From the NCBI GenBank assembly GCA_030704615.1, contig CM060731.1:92938001-93002000 (forward strand): a stretch of DNA of 64,000 nt, in the 5' to 3' direction. A program made the position numbers and the translations under genes. The notes below the pieces were generated by a model. That model searched no databases. It was not told the origin of the DNA and saw only the letters and a program-made list of their open reading frames with translations. This DNA is from Takakia lepidozioides (lineage: Eukaryota; Plantae; Bryophyta). This document shows positions 38,400 through 50,756 of this stretch, one piece after another; position 1 is the first letter of the stretch, and every line of letters starts with the position of its first letter.

Positions 38400-39324
38400 G
38401 CTTGGCTTGCGGTCCACATACAATGGTACGCCCATCGGATAGTAGAACTGTACTGCTGCCAGTACCTCAGACTCTGGCCACACAAAGGTCCGACATATGT
38501 CTTGCCTACCAGTAACTTGTTTTGATCGAACTAAGATATTACTATATCGTTCACTTGTTTCCACGTGCATGTATTTTTGTATGTTGGAGGGTTCATGTTT
38601 TTCTGCTTTCCGAAAACTTGCTCTCCTCATTCGACCTCCGACAAGGAAATGCGGCGCCGAATTTCCAAGTATCGTCGTAGGTACCCCCAGAGGCGGCCTT
38701 CGCCAACACCAAACCGCTCCGAAATTTCACACGTGCGAACCCTAATGCGGCACCCTATTTCCCAGTTCAGTTGCAAACCTTTCCCGCCGAATACCCGAAG
38801 AAGACAGAATTGTGAAGTACTGCAGACTGTATTGGTGCAGACTCCATTGGTTCAATCGCGGCAAAAGGGTCAGCTTCATTCCAATGTTAAGGCATGTAAA
38901 ACCGCGGAATACTCTATACAGGCCAGTATGCGACGTCCTTTTGCAGTGGTATACTGGATTTCCCGTTGCACGGTCACTTATTTCCATGAGCGGATCTATA
39001 AAACCATGAGCGGACTTGTTACTGACGACATATCTTCGCCGCATTACATGATCTGGAACGTCCAAAAACGGCAAGGTCAAATAAAAAACTATTATTTTAA
39101 TACTTGTTTAATCTGCCGCATTTCCAAATTTGGAGGAGTCCGCTCATGAAATCCGCATATCTTAGACTTCGGCTCACCGCTCATGCGGCTCATGCGGCTC
39201 ATGGTTTCTGCTCATGAAATAGTAAACCTCCTTATACGGGATCTGTGGGGTACCCTTAATTTTTGCACAGACTGAGACCAACAGGAGCCTTAGGGGTGAC
39301 AGCAGCGCACTTTAGAGGGGGGTT

Positions 39325-39515
39325 ACACAGCCCGTCACAGTCCAACACAGCCGACACAGCTCGTCACAGCCCGACACAGCCCATCACAGCCAACACAGCC
39401 CGTCACAATCCGACACAGCCGACACAGCCAGACACAGCCGTCATAGCCAGTCACAGCTTGACACAGTCGACACAGTCGACAGCCCAGTCCAAGCCAGGTC
39501 ACAGCTTGACACAGT
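39325..39515. repeat. Degenerate ACACAGCC/GTCACAG short tandem repeat, interrupted by the LTR
   Basis: About 18 copies of a 9-11 bp unit containing CACAG. Confidence 0.8.
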
Positions 39516-40198
39516 TGTCACGACCGGGGGAACGGATAGCAGGACAGGGAACGACTATGGGGAACAACATCTGCGAATGGAACATGTTAGTACAACGATG
39601 ACGTTAGTGAGGGAAACGTTTAGAACAACGGGTAGGAAGATAAAGCCATGAGCGAGGACGGGAGAAGGATCACTTCTTGGGGAATTCTGGGAGATGAGGC
39701 GAGGGATCACGGTTGGGGGGGACTTCGGACATCACGGGAGGAAAGGAGGAGAGAGCGCATCTCTGAGCGGAAGGAGGGAGAGCACAGAGTAGGAGGAGGA
39801 CGATCTGTTGATGCTTAATGAATGCAAGCAGTAGAGTTGTAATGTAGAGCAGATTAGAGACTCCATGGCTTCAGCCTGATACTCGATAGATATTAATCTG
39901 ATACATACTTCATATTCACATTGTGTAGAGAGATCTGAGTGAAGTTGTGGAATGAATGGATGAGTTGATGGGATCCGATAGATTGCTGAAGCAAGCTGAT
40001 ACTTAATTACCAACAGTAAGGTAACTAGCTAACATGAATGCGGGAAGGAAAGAAAATAGGAAACACCCCCATGATACACTAGCTGTAGGTCATGACTGAT
40101 TGTTCTGAGCGGGCTGAGTGCTTAGAGATTTCCAACTCTTCTATCTTGGAGTTTCCGCCTCGGATAGCGAAGGGATGGGTGAGCAAAAGCCCGTGACA
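39516..40198 (+). mobile_element. 5' LTR of Ty3/Gypsy retrotransposon (683 bp)
   Basis: TGTCACG...CGTGACA inverted termini, followed 2 nt later by a TGG-initiated PBS; 3' LTR not visible (gap). Confidence 0.8.
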
Positions 40199-40200
40199 TT

Positions 40201-40217
40201 TGGCGACCGTACTGGGA
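40201..40217 (+). promoter_or_regulatory. Primer binding site (TGGCGACCGTACTGGGA)
   Basis: TGG-start complement of tRNA CCA end directly after the LTR; tRNA identity not firmly assignable. Confidence 0.7.
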
Positions 40218-41174
40218 GAACTGGGTCATGAACAACCAGATGTGACAGGCATCTGGTGGGATCATGGTGGTTGGAGAATTAAAGAATTTGATGTGAATCA
40301 AATTCCTTGTGAAACTGAGAAGGAAAGATTATCCAAACGATTCTTTCAAAGGTTCTTGGAATTGCCAGACGGTAGTAAAGAAAACATTCTTAAGAGAGTG
40401 CATGATGCTGACCCTGAATGGGGACTGGAGAAAGGAGTGATAAAGATTTATCAGGTGGCCTGTAGAGGAAGAGCACGTTGGTTACCAACACTGGTTTATG
40501 TGATAGCATTGCTATCCATTAAGCGAATAGAGTTTGAAGGCTGGGAAGAAAGAAAGGTGAATGTGTATACTCATATGCATGAAGAGCTTGTACTGGTAAA
40601 GAATTGGATTCCAAAGGATATTTTTGGATCAAACTCACACCAAGAACAACTTTCCAGACTTGTTTGCCATATGGTTATATGGTAACGGAGACTTCTAGTA
40701 TAGCCAAGGGTGCATTAAAGCTAGAAAGAAACCCAAGCATATACGAGAGATATTACAGAAGAGAGTTTTGGTTATTGCCACATTAAAAGAAATGAAAGAC
40801 ATGGGACATGAGTGATGAAAGAGAAGCTAGCCGCCAGAGATATTCAGCAAAAAGAGAAAGCTATCTGAAAGCTAATTATCCATATCTTTGGGAGAGAGGA
40901 ATAGACACAGGGGAATCATCTGGACCTCTCACACCATTAAGATCAAAGAGTACATCACCCATACCGAAGAACTAGAGTTGGATGCCACTCCTTCTTTTTC
41001 TTTGCAAGAAAGATTAAGGGAATTGGTAGGGGAAGAAGATCAATCACGAGGTGAAAGATCTGAGGTACATCCCTGGATAAAAGATTTGACATAAATCTTT
41101 GATAAGAGTTGGCATGGAACACCAAAAGCAGGAACTCCGGTTTCTGAAACAGAAGGTGAAAAGGAGGAGAGGAT

Positions 41175-44100
41175 GTGGCAGAGCCAACGGAGAGTTCAGA
41201 CTCTCCAACACCATTGCAGTTGAGTTACATGAGTGAAGAAGAAACCCAAGGGCAGAACTTGGAGGATGAAAACAGAGAGAAGAAATTGGAAGAGGAAGAG
41301 TATGAAGAAGTAGACCCAACAGCTGAGGTTGAGACTACAACCAGGACATCCCAACCCGTTGGACCTGGATCAAGTGGAGCACTTGGATCACAGGCCAACG
41401 AAGGTGTCGGCTCAGGGGGATCAGGCGGGCTGCCTGGATCTGGCTCTGGGGGGACAGGGAGTGTGGGAAGTAGTGCAACTGAAGCTGGGAATACTGTGAA
41501 TATCTTGGGGCCAGTAGCAGGGAGTGCTCAAGGGCCACCACTTGGTGGAAGATCCACCACAACAACAACAGGTCCTGAAGGACCAGCACCTGTCAGTGGG
41601 CAGAAGGTAGGGCCACAGATGGCGTTACAACCAACACGGGCAAAACCACCTTTTCCAATATATTCAGGAAAAGGGGATCCCGATGTACACATTAGCCAAT
41701 TTGAGCACATGTGTAGTGAACAATGAGAATGGCGATGATGCCAAGATGAGATTGTTTCCTTGTTCACTTATCAAGAAAGCAAGTGAATGGTATGCAGATT
41801 CCCTGATAATCATTTCCTAACCTGGAATGGCTTGAATACAACATTCCGAAATAGGTTCAGGACAAGTAAAACTGAGGATGAAGTGTATGGAAGTTTACAA
41901 GTTAAAGCAAAAGAAGCATGAAACTGTTGAGGAGTATATGGAAAAGATGGAATTGATGATGAAAAAGCTGGCTGCAGTACCAGCACCAGGTTTACAAAAG
42001 ACTTGGTTTGTGAGTGGACTAAGACCGGAGTTGCAAAAGAAAGTGGATATGTTACCCCATAATACAGTGGAGGAGGCATTTGAAACTGCAAACAGAATTG
42101 AGCAATTGGGAATGCTCAGGAGAGAGAAAAGGGATGATGAGGACTCTGAGGATGAGTCAGATGAAGAAGAAGAGCAAGAACTAAAAAGGAAGAGTAAGAG
42201 AAAGGAGAAGTTGAAGAGGGATAACTATGAGAAAAGATTGGAAGAAATCTTGAAGAAGTTTGCCACAGAGGCTGCAACACATTGGAGGAAGGGTGTATGG
42301 TGTGCAAAGTGCCAGAATGAAGGCCATACCACCACAGAATGCCACATGAAGGAGAAACACTGTACTATCTGTAAAATGGATAACCATTCTACTGAGAATT
42401 GTTACTACAACAGAAGGACAGTTGCAAGAGAACCTAGGCAAGTAAGGGTGCATCAGGTGCAGCCCCAGCCAAGAAGAAACAATGATCAGGACCACTATGG
42501 TAGGTCTGGTGGTTATAACAATGGCATGGAAGGGAGAGGTAATTCAAGAGGGAATTACCAAGGAAATTCCAGAGGCAAATATCAGGGTAATCCAAGGGGG
42601 AATTACCAGCCCGGGAATCAGGATTACAGAAATAATCCAAGAACAGACCAAGGGCGAGGACCCAATGGTGAAGAACTATGTTTACTATTGTAATCAGCCA
42701 GGACATCGCAAGGCAGCCTGTTCATTCTGGATTAGACACCAGAATGAGATGAGAGCTCCTGTGAATGAGGGCCCAGTGGTGGCAGCTCACATGGTTAGGC
42801 CATGTGTTGTACCAGAAGTAAGTACAATGATAGTAACAAGAAGCAAAGCCAAATTAATACCTCCAGTAGTTGAGGAAGAGGATGATAATGAAGGTGGCAG
42901 TGATATGCCTGAAGATGAAGAGGCATGGAGAGATGAGAAGGAACTGCACAATGAAGTGGCAGATACCATAAGGGAAATGCAGAAGAGTACTGATATTCCT
43001 GTGGCAGATTCCTCTGATTCTGATGGAGAAGAAGAAGTGAGTGAGGATGAAAGGAAGAAAGAAGATGCAGACATGCAGAGTAATGAAAGGACTTTGGCTG
43101 AAGTAATATGCCAGACCAAAGCAGAGATTACCATTGGACAGCTATTGGCTGTGGCACCTTATTGTAGACACAGGCTGTATCAAGCAATCAATCGAATTGC
43201 CCAGGAGACAGGAAACACAGACCTGAACAGCAATGTGACCAGTTATAATGTGAAGCCGGAAGGGCGAGAAACAGTCATGGACTTTGATGATTCTATGCCA
43301 GTAATCCAATTGAGAATTGGAAACACAGAACTAACTAATGTACTGATAGATGGAGGCTCAGGAGTAAATATCATGACAGACCAATTAAGAAAGAAGCTTG
43401 GTCTAAGTAACATGAAACCAGCCCCATTTATAGTAACAATGGCAGATCAAAGAAGTGTACAGCCATTGGGATTAATAAGAGGAGTTAAGATACAGATATG
43501 GAAGATGATCTTTATGATCACAGTAACTGTGTTGAAGATGGATGAAGTCATGGAGGCTTACTCCTTATTATTGGGACGTCCGTGGCTGAAACGAGCCAGG
43601 GTATTCCATGACTGGAATTCTCAGTTACTAACCGTGCATAATGGGATGCACGAGATACAAATTACCACAAAGAAATCTAGTAGATTACCTGCTACGAGAA
43701 GACCTCGAGGGGTCAGAGAGTATGACTGGAGAGGAGGACTGGATGAGGAGCAGGAAGCTACCCTGTTTGCTGCACACCCAGAGTGGGAGCAGGTTGCAGA
43801 GATGCGGCTGGAAGGCCTAAGTTGTTTAAAGGGTATCTGCTGGGGTGTAGTGTCAGCAACACCAATTGACGAGGAAACCAGCAGTTACCCATCACATTTC
43901 TATTAAGAAAAAGAAGGAGAAATGGAAATCCTAGAGGAACCAGCCACTGTGAGTTTACAGGATGAAGTGGTGACTGGTTGGACAATCACAGCTAATGAGC
44001 AAGTGAGGGAAGTGAATGTGGGAACTAAAGAGGAACCGAGGATGGTGAAGGTAGGAGCTGATTTGGAGCCAGAATTCTTTGAAGAAGCTAAGAGTTTGTT

Positions 44101-45328
44101 CATCAAATACAGAGATGTATTTGCTTGGAGCTATGAGGATCTAAAAGGGATACCACCTGAAATCTGTCAGCATAAGATTGAACTGGAACCAGGGTCAGTA
44201 CCAATCAAGCAGGCAAGGTACAGAATGAATCCCAACTACGCACAAAAGGTTGGAGAAGAGATCAAGAAGTTGGCTGAGGCTAAGTTTATATACCCAATAG
44301 AGTATACAACTTGGTTGTCACCCATTGTGATAGTTCCCAAGAAGAATGGTAAACTAAGAGTTTGTGTGAACTACAAGAAGCTGAATGCTTGTACGAAGAA
44401 AGATCCTTTCCCTTTGCCATTCACAGAAGCAGTATTAGACACTGTGGCAGGCCATGAGATGTACTCATTCATGGATGGCTTCAGTGGTTATAACCAAGTG
44501 CAAGTGGCAGAAGAAGACCAAGGAAAGACAACTTTCATCACAGACTGGGGTGCTTATGCATACAAAGTCATGCCCTTTGGACTTTGTAATGCACCAGCAA
44601 CCTTTCAGAGAGTGATAAGTGAATCTTTTCATGAGTATCTGGATGATTTCATGCAGGTGTTCTTGGATGATTTCAGTGTGTACAGCTCTAAGAATGAGCA
44701 CTTGCATAAATTGGAGTTATGTCTAGCCAGATGCAAGATGAGAGGTCTGGGCCTGAATCCAGAGAAGTGTACTTTCTGTGTGAACTCAGGGGTGCTTCTG
44801 GGACATATTGTGTGTAAGAGGGGACTTCTTGTGGATCCCAGGAAAACAAAGGCCATTAAAGCCTCTCCACCACCAGTGAATGTTAAGAGTCTAAGGAGAT
44901 TCCTTGGACAAACCAGCTATTACAGAAGATTTGTCAGACGGTATGCACAGATATCAGCACCATTGAGCAAACTTCTGAAGAAAGATGCAGTATTTGCATG
45001 GACACCTGAATGTCAACAGGCTTTTGAGGAACTTACATTGTCGGTAACAACTACACCTATGCTGATTAATCCTCACTGGCAGGAAATATTTCATGTTCAC
45101 TGTGATGCTTCTGGAGAAGCACTAGGAGCAGTGTTAGCCCAAAATGTTACAGGAAGGATAGATTCACCTGTGTACTATGCTAGCCGATTGATGAACAATG
45201 CCGAAAGAAATTATAGCACAACGAAAAGAGAAGCATTGGCAATGATCTATGCAGTGAAGAAATTCAGGCATTACCTGTTGGGCAAGAAGTTTATGTTCTA
45301 TGTGGATCACCGGGCTCTGATATACCTG
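41175..45328 (+). pseudogene. Ty3/Gypsy gag-pol (gag, CCHC knuckles, aspartic protease, RT, RNase H) with frameshifts and stops
   Basis: FPIYSGKGDPDVHI; CAKCQNEGHTTTEC and CTICKMDNHSTENC; VLIDGGSGVN; YSFMDGFSGYNQV, MPFGLCNAPATFQR, FLDDF; CDASG..YYASRLMNNAERNYSTT. Confidence 0.95.
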
Positions 45329-47002
45329 CACTACAACAGATTGCGGCTTTTATGACTCCCATGGGTGCGCAGTCACGACCAATTTGTGGCAGAAATGCCA
45401 TTTGCAGTCGTAAATGCCTTTTGAAGTCATAACATAGATCACGACGAAGCCGGTTATGCGACTGTATGACTCCGAACTTTGCGCAACACAGGTCAAACAC
45501 CCTTTGACCAGGAATATTGCCATGGTGGATATGACTACCAGTCAGGGTCATGCCCATACGTGAATGACGTGTGCATATTGCTAGACGGACATATGACTTC
45601 ATGACTGCCACTCTAATGTATTCTGCCAGATCATCACATGTCGTCATGACATGGAGAGTCTGTGACATGGAACAACTTATGAGGTGTCTACATATGATTG
45701 GTTAAGTGGCTTTGATATTGTGGTGCGGGGGATGCAAGTGAAGGGAACGGTTGCACACGAAGCAGCTTAGTAGGCCGTTGGCGCTTTGTGGAGAAGAATG
45801 GAACGTGAAGCCAACATGCTAGAGAGGCGATCTGGAACCGCATCTGTTTGTGACGTTACGTTCAAATGGCGGCGTGCATTTTAGTGTTTGTTGATCGCCA
45901 ACAACATCAAAAGCAAGCCTCATACTGCGGAATGACAGACGAACAAATGATGCATTCAGGGGATAGATAAATTCATGCAAATCAAAAATTCACTCATGAC
46001 AGTGATGCAAAACATGGGCTCAACAAAAGTCTTTGGGCAGTGACCAAGAACACCAACAAAATATGAAATCCAATACACTCTAACATATCGCCTTGTGCAT
46101 GTCGTCCCTGTAGTAGGCCATCCTGGAGCTCCACGCCGTGTGCTACTGGAATAGAAGCTTGGCAATACGGTCTGTTCCGATCCACCCACTTTGCCATGGG
46201 GGGGTTTTCTAAGAATGGGAGAGCCCATGAATTCAGCTTCTTGTATAATAAAACAACTGAGATAACAGCTCATGTGTTCTCTCTAATGTACATATCCCCA
46301 ATGACCTGCCCCAAGCTAGAACAGCAGCAGGATGACATCAGGGAATAATGATGTGGTGCAAGGCATGGAACACCTGCAGGGCAGCAACATTGTAGTGTTG
46401 AATGTACTGCACCCTGCTTGAGCCATTCACAGATGGGGGACTATACAAGTGAGTCACATGGTGTTAGCTGGGGCATGAGAGAAACTGCCCATAAAATGCA
46501 TCGCAAATAACCCACTCAACCAGCCAGAGCATCATCTATGCGGATTGCCAGATTCTTTTGGGGAAAATGAAAATATGATAAGTAGGGACCAAGCTTAAAA
46601 GCACTCTCCATTGGTATTCAATGGTCCATAAACACGAGCCTGCCCAATATAAGACCCACAAAATCACTGGGGCAATTATGTAATGTAAACTGGAAGGCAC
46701 ATGCACTTTGTCAACAATGTACCCAAAGGCAGAACTGATGTGTAAATTTGCATGCCGTTCCAAAGTCTATAGTGACATAAATGTCATGACACGTTGCCAG
46801 ACAGACACGCCATGTAAGTTGGACACCTCCAACACCCTGCAAAAAGGTCACCCCAAGGGCAACCCTTAGTGCCAGTCTTATGAATCCCACATTATTCATG
46901 AATCAACCGGGATTACATATTCAATTTTGCCCAATACCACCCTTCATATACTTGAGATAGAGGAAGGCAGTTGGGGGGGAAAGTCATACCTCATTCTAGG
47001 TA

Positions 47003-49259
47003 CTAGTACCCATCCACATCAACCAACTCCTCATCACTGGACTCTGAATCTCCATCGCAACTGTCCTCCTTGGGACATGGATGTGCTTCCTCAGATCGCA
47101 TGTCTCTGTAAAGTGAAGCAACCTCTTCAGGTGTCACTTGGATGGTCTGGCCCACCCTGTCACTAGCAACATTGGTCTCTTCAATGTGATTGGGGGCTAA
47201 GAGGCCTGATACACTTGCAATATCATCGTTGCAAATGCTCACATCAGAAACAGCCCTGCGTGACTTGGGGTTTTTTTCCAGCACCACGTTCCATCTCGGT
47301 TCATTCACACGCTCAGAGAAAAAAACTTGCTCGATCTGTGATGGGAGCACAAAAGGCTGTTCAAGTGGAGGCAACAAGTGGGAGAAATTCACCAATGTGA
47401 AGCCAGACTCATCCTGCTTCATTGACACAGGCTGAGAGCCCACACGTCGTGCACGTACCCATGAACACAATAGCACCGTGGTGTTTGTGGAGCCATAATC
47501 CAATTCTAAATCTCCTTTATGACACCCACATACCGTACGCTTTCCACCACCTGCTCACGGTCAATGCAAGTATTGTCATGCTGGAAAACAGTAGAGACCC
47601 CCGAGTCATATGTCACAAAGGGGCTGTTGAGTCCATCTGAAGTAACCCTGAAGTGGTTTCCATAAGCCGACATGCTCTTGTATGATGTTGCGATTACTGA
47701 TGGGGGTTTGGACATGTCCAACAATTCCTTGCAGGCTGAATCAGTAGCATGGTTGGCAACACTTGACACATGCTGGCGGACTACTTTTACCAGCCATTCT
47801 GCAAAGTGAGGGAGAGCACGGATCTTGTTCTGGTTAGTAGCATTTTCAGTCTCCAACCTGCATTTCTCCACCTCATAGGACCTGCCAACACACGCACAAC
47901 CACAGAAATTTATCTAGTGCAACCCCTGCAGCTGATGGAAGAACTACTGCACACACACCTATACAAAGCATACCCATGCATAGCAGGTACCAGAACGTTT
48001 GCCACTTACCCCAACATAATGCTCAAACTGGGATGGTTGTGAATGACGTAGTCGTGGACAAGCTGCAACAATTCGAGGGTCAACCTCCGTGGTCGACCAA
48101 CTCCTTCCAATACCCAGCCCGACACTGATTCCTCCTCTCCTGCATCCCACACTCTCCGCCTAGTAGCATCAACAGAAGACAAGTACTCTGTACAAAATCC
48201 CAATGCCTCGTCAAACACGTAGCCCTCCGCCATACTGCCCTCAGGCTTCGCCAAGTTTCGCACATACCCTTTAAAATCCTTTCATTGCTCTCTCCACCGG
48301 GTACATCCACCGAGAAGCTACAGGTCCACACAAATCCACCTCATCCACCAAGTGGATAAGTAAATGTGTCATAACATCAAAAAATGAGGGTGGGAACTCT
48401 TTCTCCAGAAGACAAAGAGTCACTGCCACCTCCTTCTTCAATTCCTCATGCTCGGTGGGATCAATGAATTTTGCACAAAGCTTGCGAAACACACGGGACA
48501 CTCTTAGTATGGCATTGCGAACCCCAGGCGCCATCAACCCACGTAGAGCAAGTGGGAGGATCTGTTGCATTAGCACGTGATAATCATGTGACTTCAATTG
48601 GCTCAACTTTTGTTTGACCACATGTTTTTGAAAGCAGAGGCATAGCCAGTGGGTACTTTCAGATTCGTGATAATCTCCAAGAACACCCGCTGCTCTGGTT
48701 TTGTGAGCACATATGGCGCATCAGGCATTACCAATGTATCCACTCTGGTGGGATGGCGTCGTAACCAAAGAGGCTTTCAAATGCCCTGCAATTCCATATC
48801 GCGGCGAACTTGCATCGTGTCCTTCTCGCCGAAAATAGTCTTGATTATGTTCTCCGTCACGTTCTTCTCGCAATGCATGGTATCAAAAGTGTGGCGGATG
48901 ATAAGATGCTGCACCATGTGTCTAACAAATTAGGCACATTGCAATGCAGTCATGAATGATGTTTACAGCACAGGTTCAATAAACAAACAATCATGCACAA
49001 TGAAAAACCAATGCACTGTTTTGTTCCCAAAACACATGTGTGGTAATCGCACCTCCCAGTAAGGCAAGTCAAACAGAATGGACAATCGTTTTACGCCATG
49101 GAGCTTGGAGGGATCGTTCTGTGCGCCTACAGTCCCACCATCATCAATCCATTGTTTGTAATGTCGTGCATGCTCCTTGATTTCGGTGGCTGTCACTGTA
49201 TGTGGAGCAGGTCTCATGTCTCGCGCATGCCCGAGCATATAGGCAGTGAAACCCCACAA
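47003..49259 (-). pseudogene. CACTA TnpD-like transposase, C-terminal half (DUF4218/DUF4216-type regions), 5' part deleted
   Basis: KRLSILFDLPYWE, DTMHCEKNV, LKSHDYHVLMQQILPLALR, FPPSFFDVMTHLLIHL..GPV..RWMYPVER, PEGSMAEGY, EQPFVLPSQIEQVFF. Confidence 0.92.
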
Positions 49260-49706
49260 TGGGATAGGAAATCAACCCCTTTTGCTATATCTTCATCGTG
49301 TACATAGTTTGGGTTAAAGTCAAAGGCTCTTACTAAGAGGTTGATACATAGTGATGTTTCTTTTTACAACTAAAATGCAATGTCCATTCAAATGAGTCCA
49401 TCTACCCACTGATGCAAGTACTTGTATGCACGCTTTGATACAAGCATGCCAATGGTTTTTGAGGTCTCCCCACTAGGTAGGCTTTGGAATTGGCCATGTA
49501 GATTTGGCTCAGCCCCCACTTTTCTGAATGGGTAAACAGAAGTGTGGGGCACCTGATGAGTCTGAGGGGATGAGGACCTGCTCATAGGAGGATGAGTACA
49601 ATCAAAGCTATAAAATGGCAGGTGCACGGCGTTAATTTGTTCTAAGTTGCCATGATTTCATTTGAATGCTTTGATTGACTTTAATGTTTGAATTGGTTTT
49701 TATTCT

Positions 49707-50700
49707 GTGCAGGCCAGGAAGAGGCGAGCTTCCATCGAAGGCGCTGCAGCTGTGGTGGGCAGTCCATCGGGGCGGGGGTTGTTCAAACAAGTCAACCCTG
49801 CTACAAACAAGTCCCCAAGCGCAGAACGACCACCTCCACGACCTATTCCACAGTACCCTCCGTACACACATTACCCACATGCCTACCCCACCCCCGATCA
49901 GTATGGCGTTGCGGGCCCTTACAACCCGCACATCCAATACAAGCCCCCTCCAGGTGGTTACCCACAGCAGCCATATGCCCATTCTCCTCCACCTATTCCC
50001 CCTTACCTCCTAGACCCACATGCTTACCCGGCATCTACACGTCCACCATACGAACCTTTTGGGCCATACGGTGGGCGATACTATCCCGCCCCCCATTCCC
50101 CATGGCAACCCCCAGCTGCCCCACCACCTGAGGTGGCAAAGGAAGAGACCCCTATGACCAAGAAGGAGCGAGCTAATGCTTTGAGGCGGGCGAACAGGCG
50201 TGCCAGGGCAGAGGCAATCCGAAACCATGATGCGCGAGACGAAGATGGACTCCCGCCTCAAGTGCTTCCGGTTGACAAAGCTGGAGAGCCCATTGGACCA
50301 GCACGCAATACCTGGCATGCAGCCCTCAAAGGCCAGATGTGGCGTTTGTGTGACATGTTAATGCATATTGCAGCACAGGATGAATCTGTCATTGAAGAAA
50401 TATATAGGATTCTAAACTCTACATTTGCGTACACGCCACGTGGTCTTGACTATGAGCACATGAGGAAGACACTTGGCATTGCCTTGAAAACCCAAAGACA
50501 CGAGATCCATGCAATGTACAAGGCAGGCGAGGGGAGGCCTGCGCATCTGAAGGAAGCTCATTGGGACAGGCTGGTATCGTATTGGCAGACAGCAGGATTC
50601 AACGCAAAAAGTGCCCTCATGAAGGTTGCAAATTCATCAATCAAGAAGCCTTCAAAAACAGGACGTGGTGGGAAGGCATCTGTTGAGGCTCGGCTTGTAA
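49707..50700 (+). CDS. CACTA TnpA/PTTA-like accessory ORF exon (Pro-rich N-terminus + Transposase_24-like region)
   Basis: RPAHLKEAHWDRLVSYWQT..KSALMKVANSS..TGRGG followed by GTAAG splice donor; located inside the CACTA element opposite TnpD. Confidence 0.65.
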
Positions 50701-50756
50701 GTTCACACACCAGCCTTTTTGCCCTCTTTGCCTTAGCTGATTGTTGTTTATAATGT

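Larger units (their letters stand above)
22587..39231. mobile_element. Family-D Mutator-like composite element: transposase, palindrome arrays and ParB-MTase gene, bounded by ~3.5-kb inverted repeats
   Basis: Both ends read GGAGGTTTACTATTTCATGAGCAGAAACCATGAGC inward; arms 22587-26117 and 35733-39231 are near-identical reverse complements; no matching TSD seen. Confidence 0.8.

Noticed and set aside
22577-39241. Target-site duplication around the family-D composite
   Set aside because: Left flank TGCAATCCAT and right flank TTATACGGGA do not match, so a single clean insertion is not supported.
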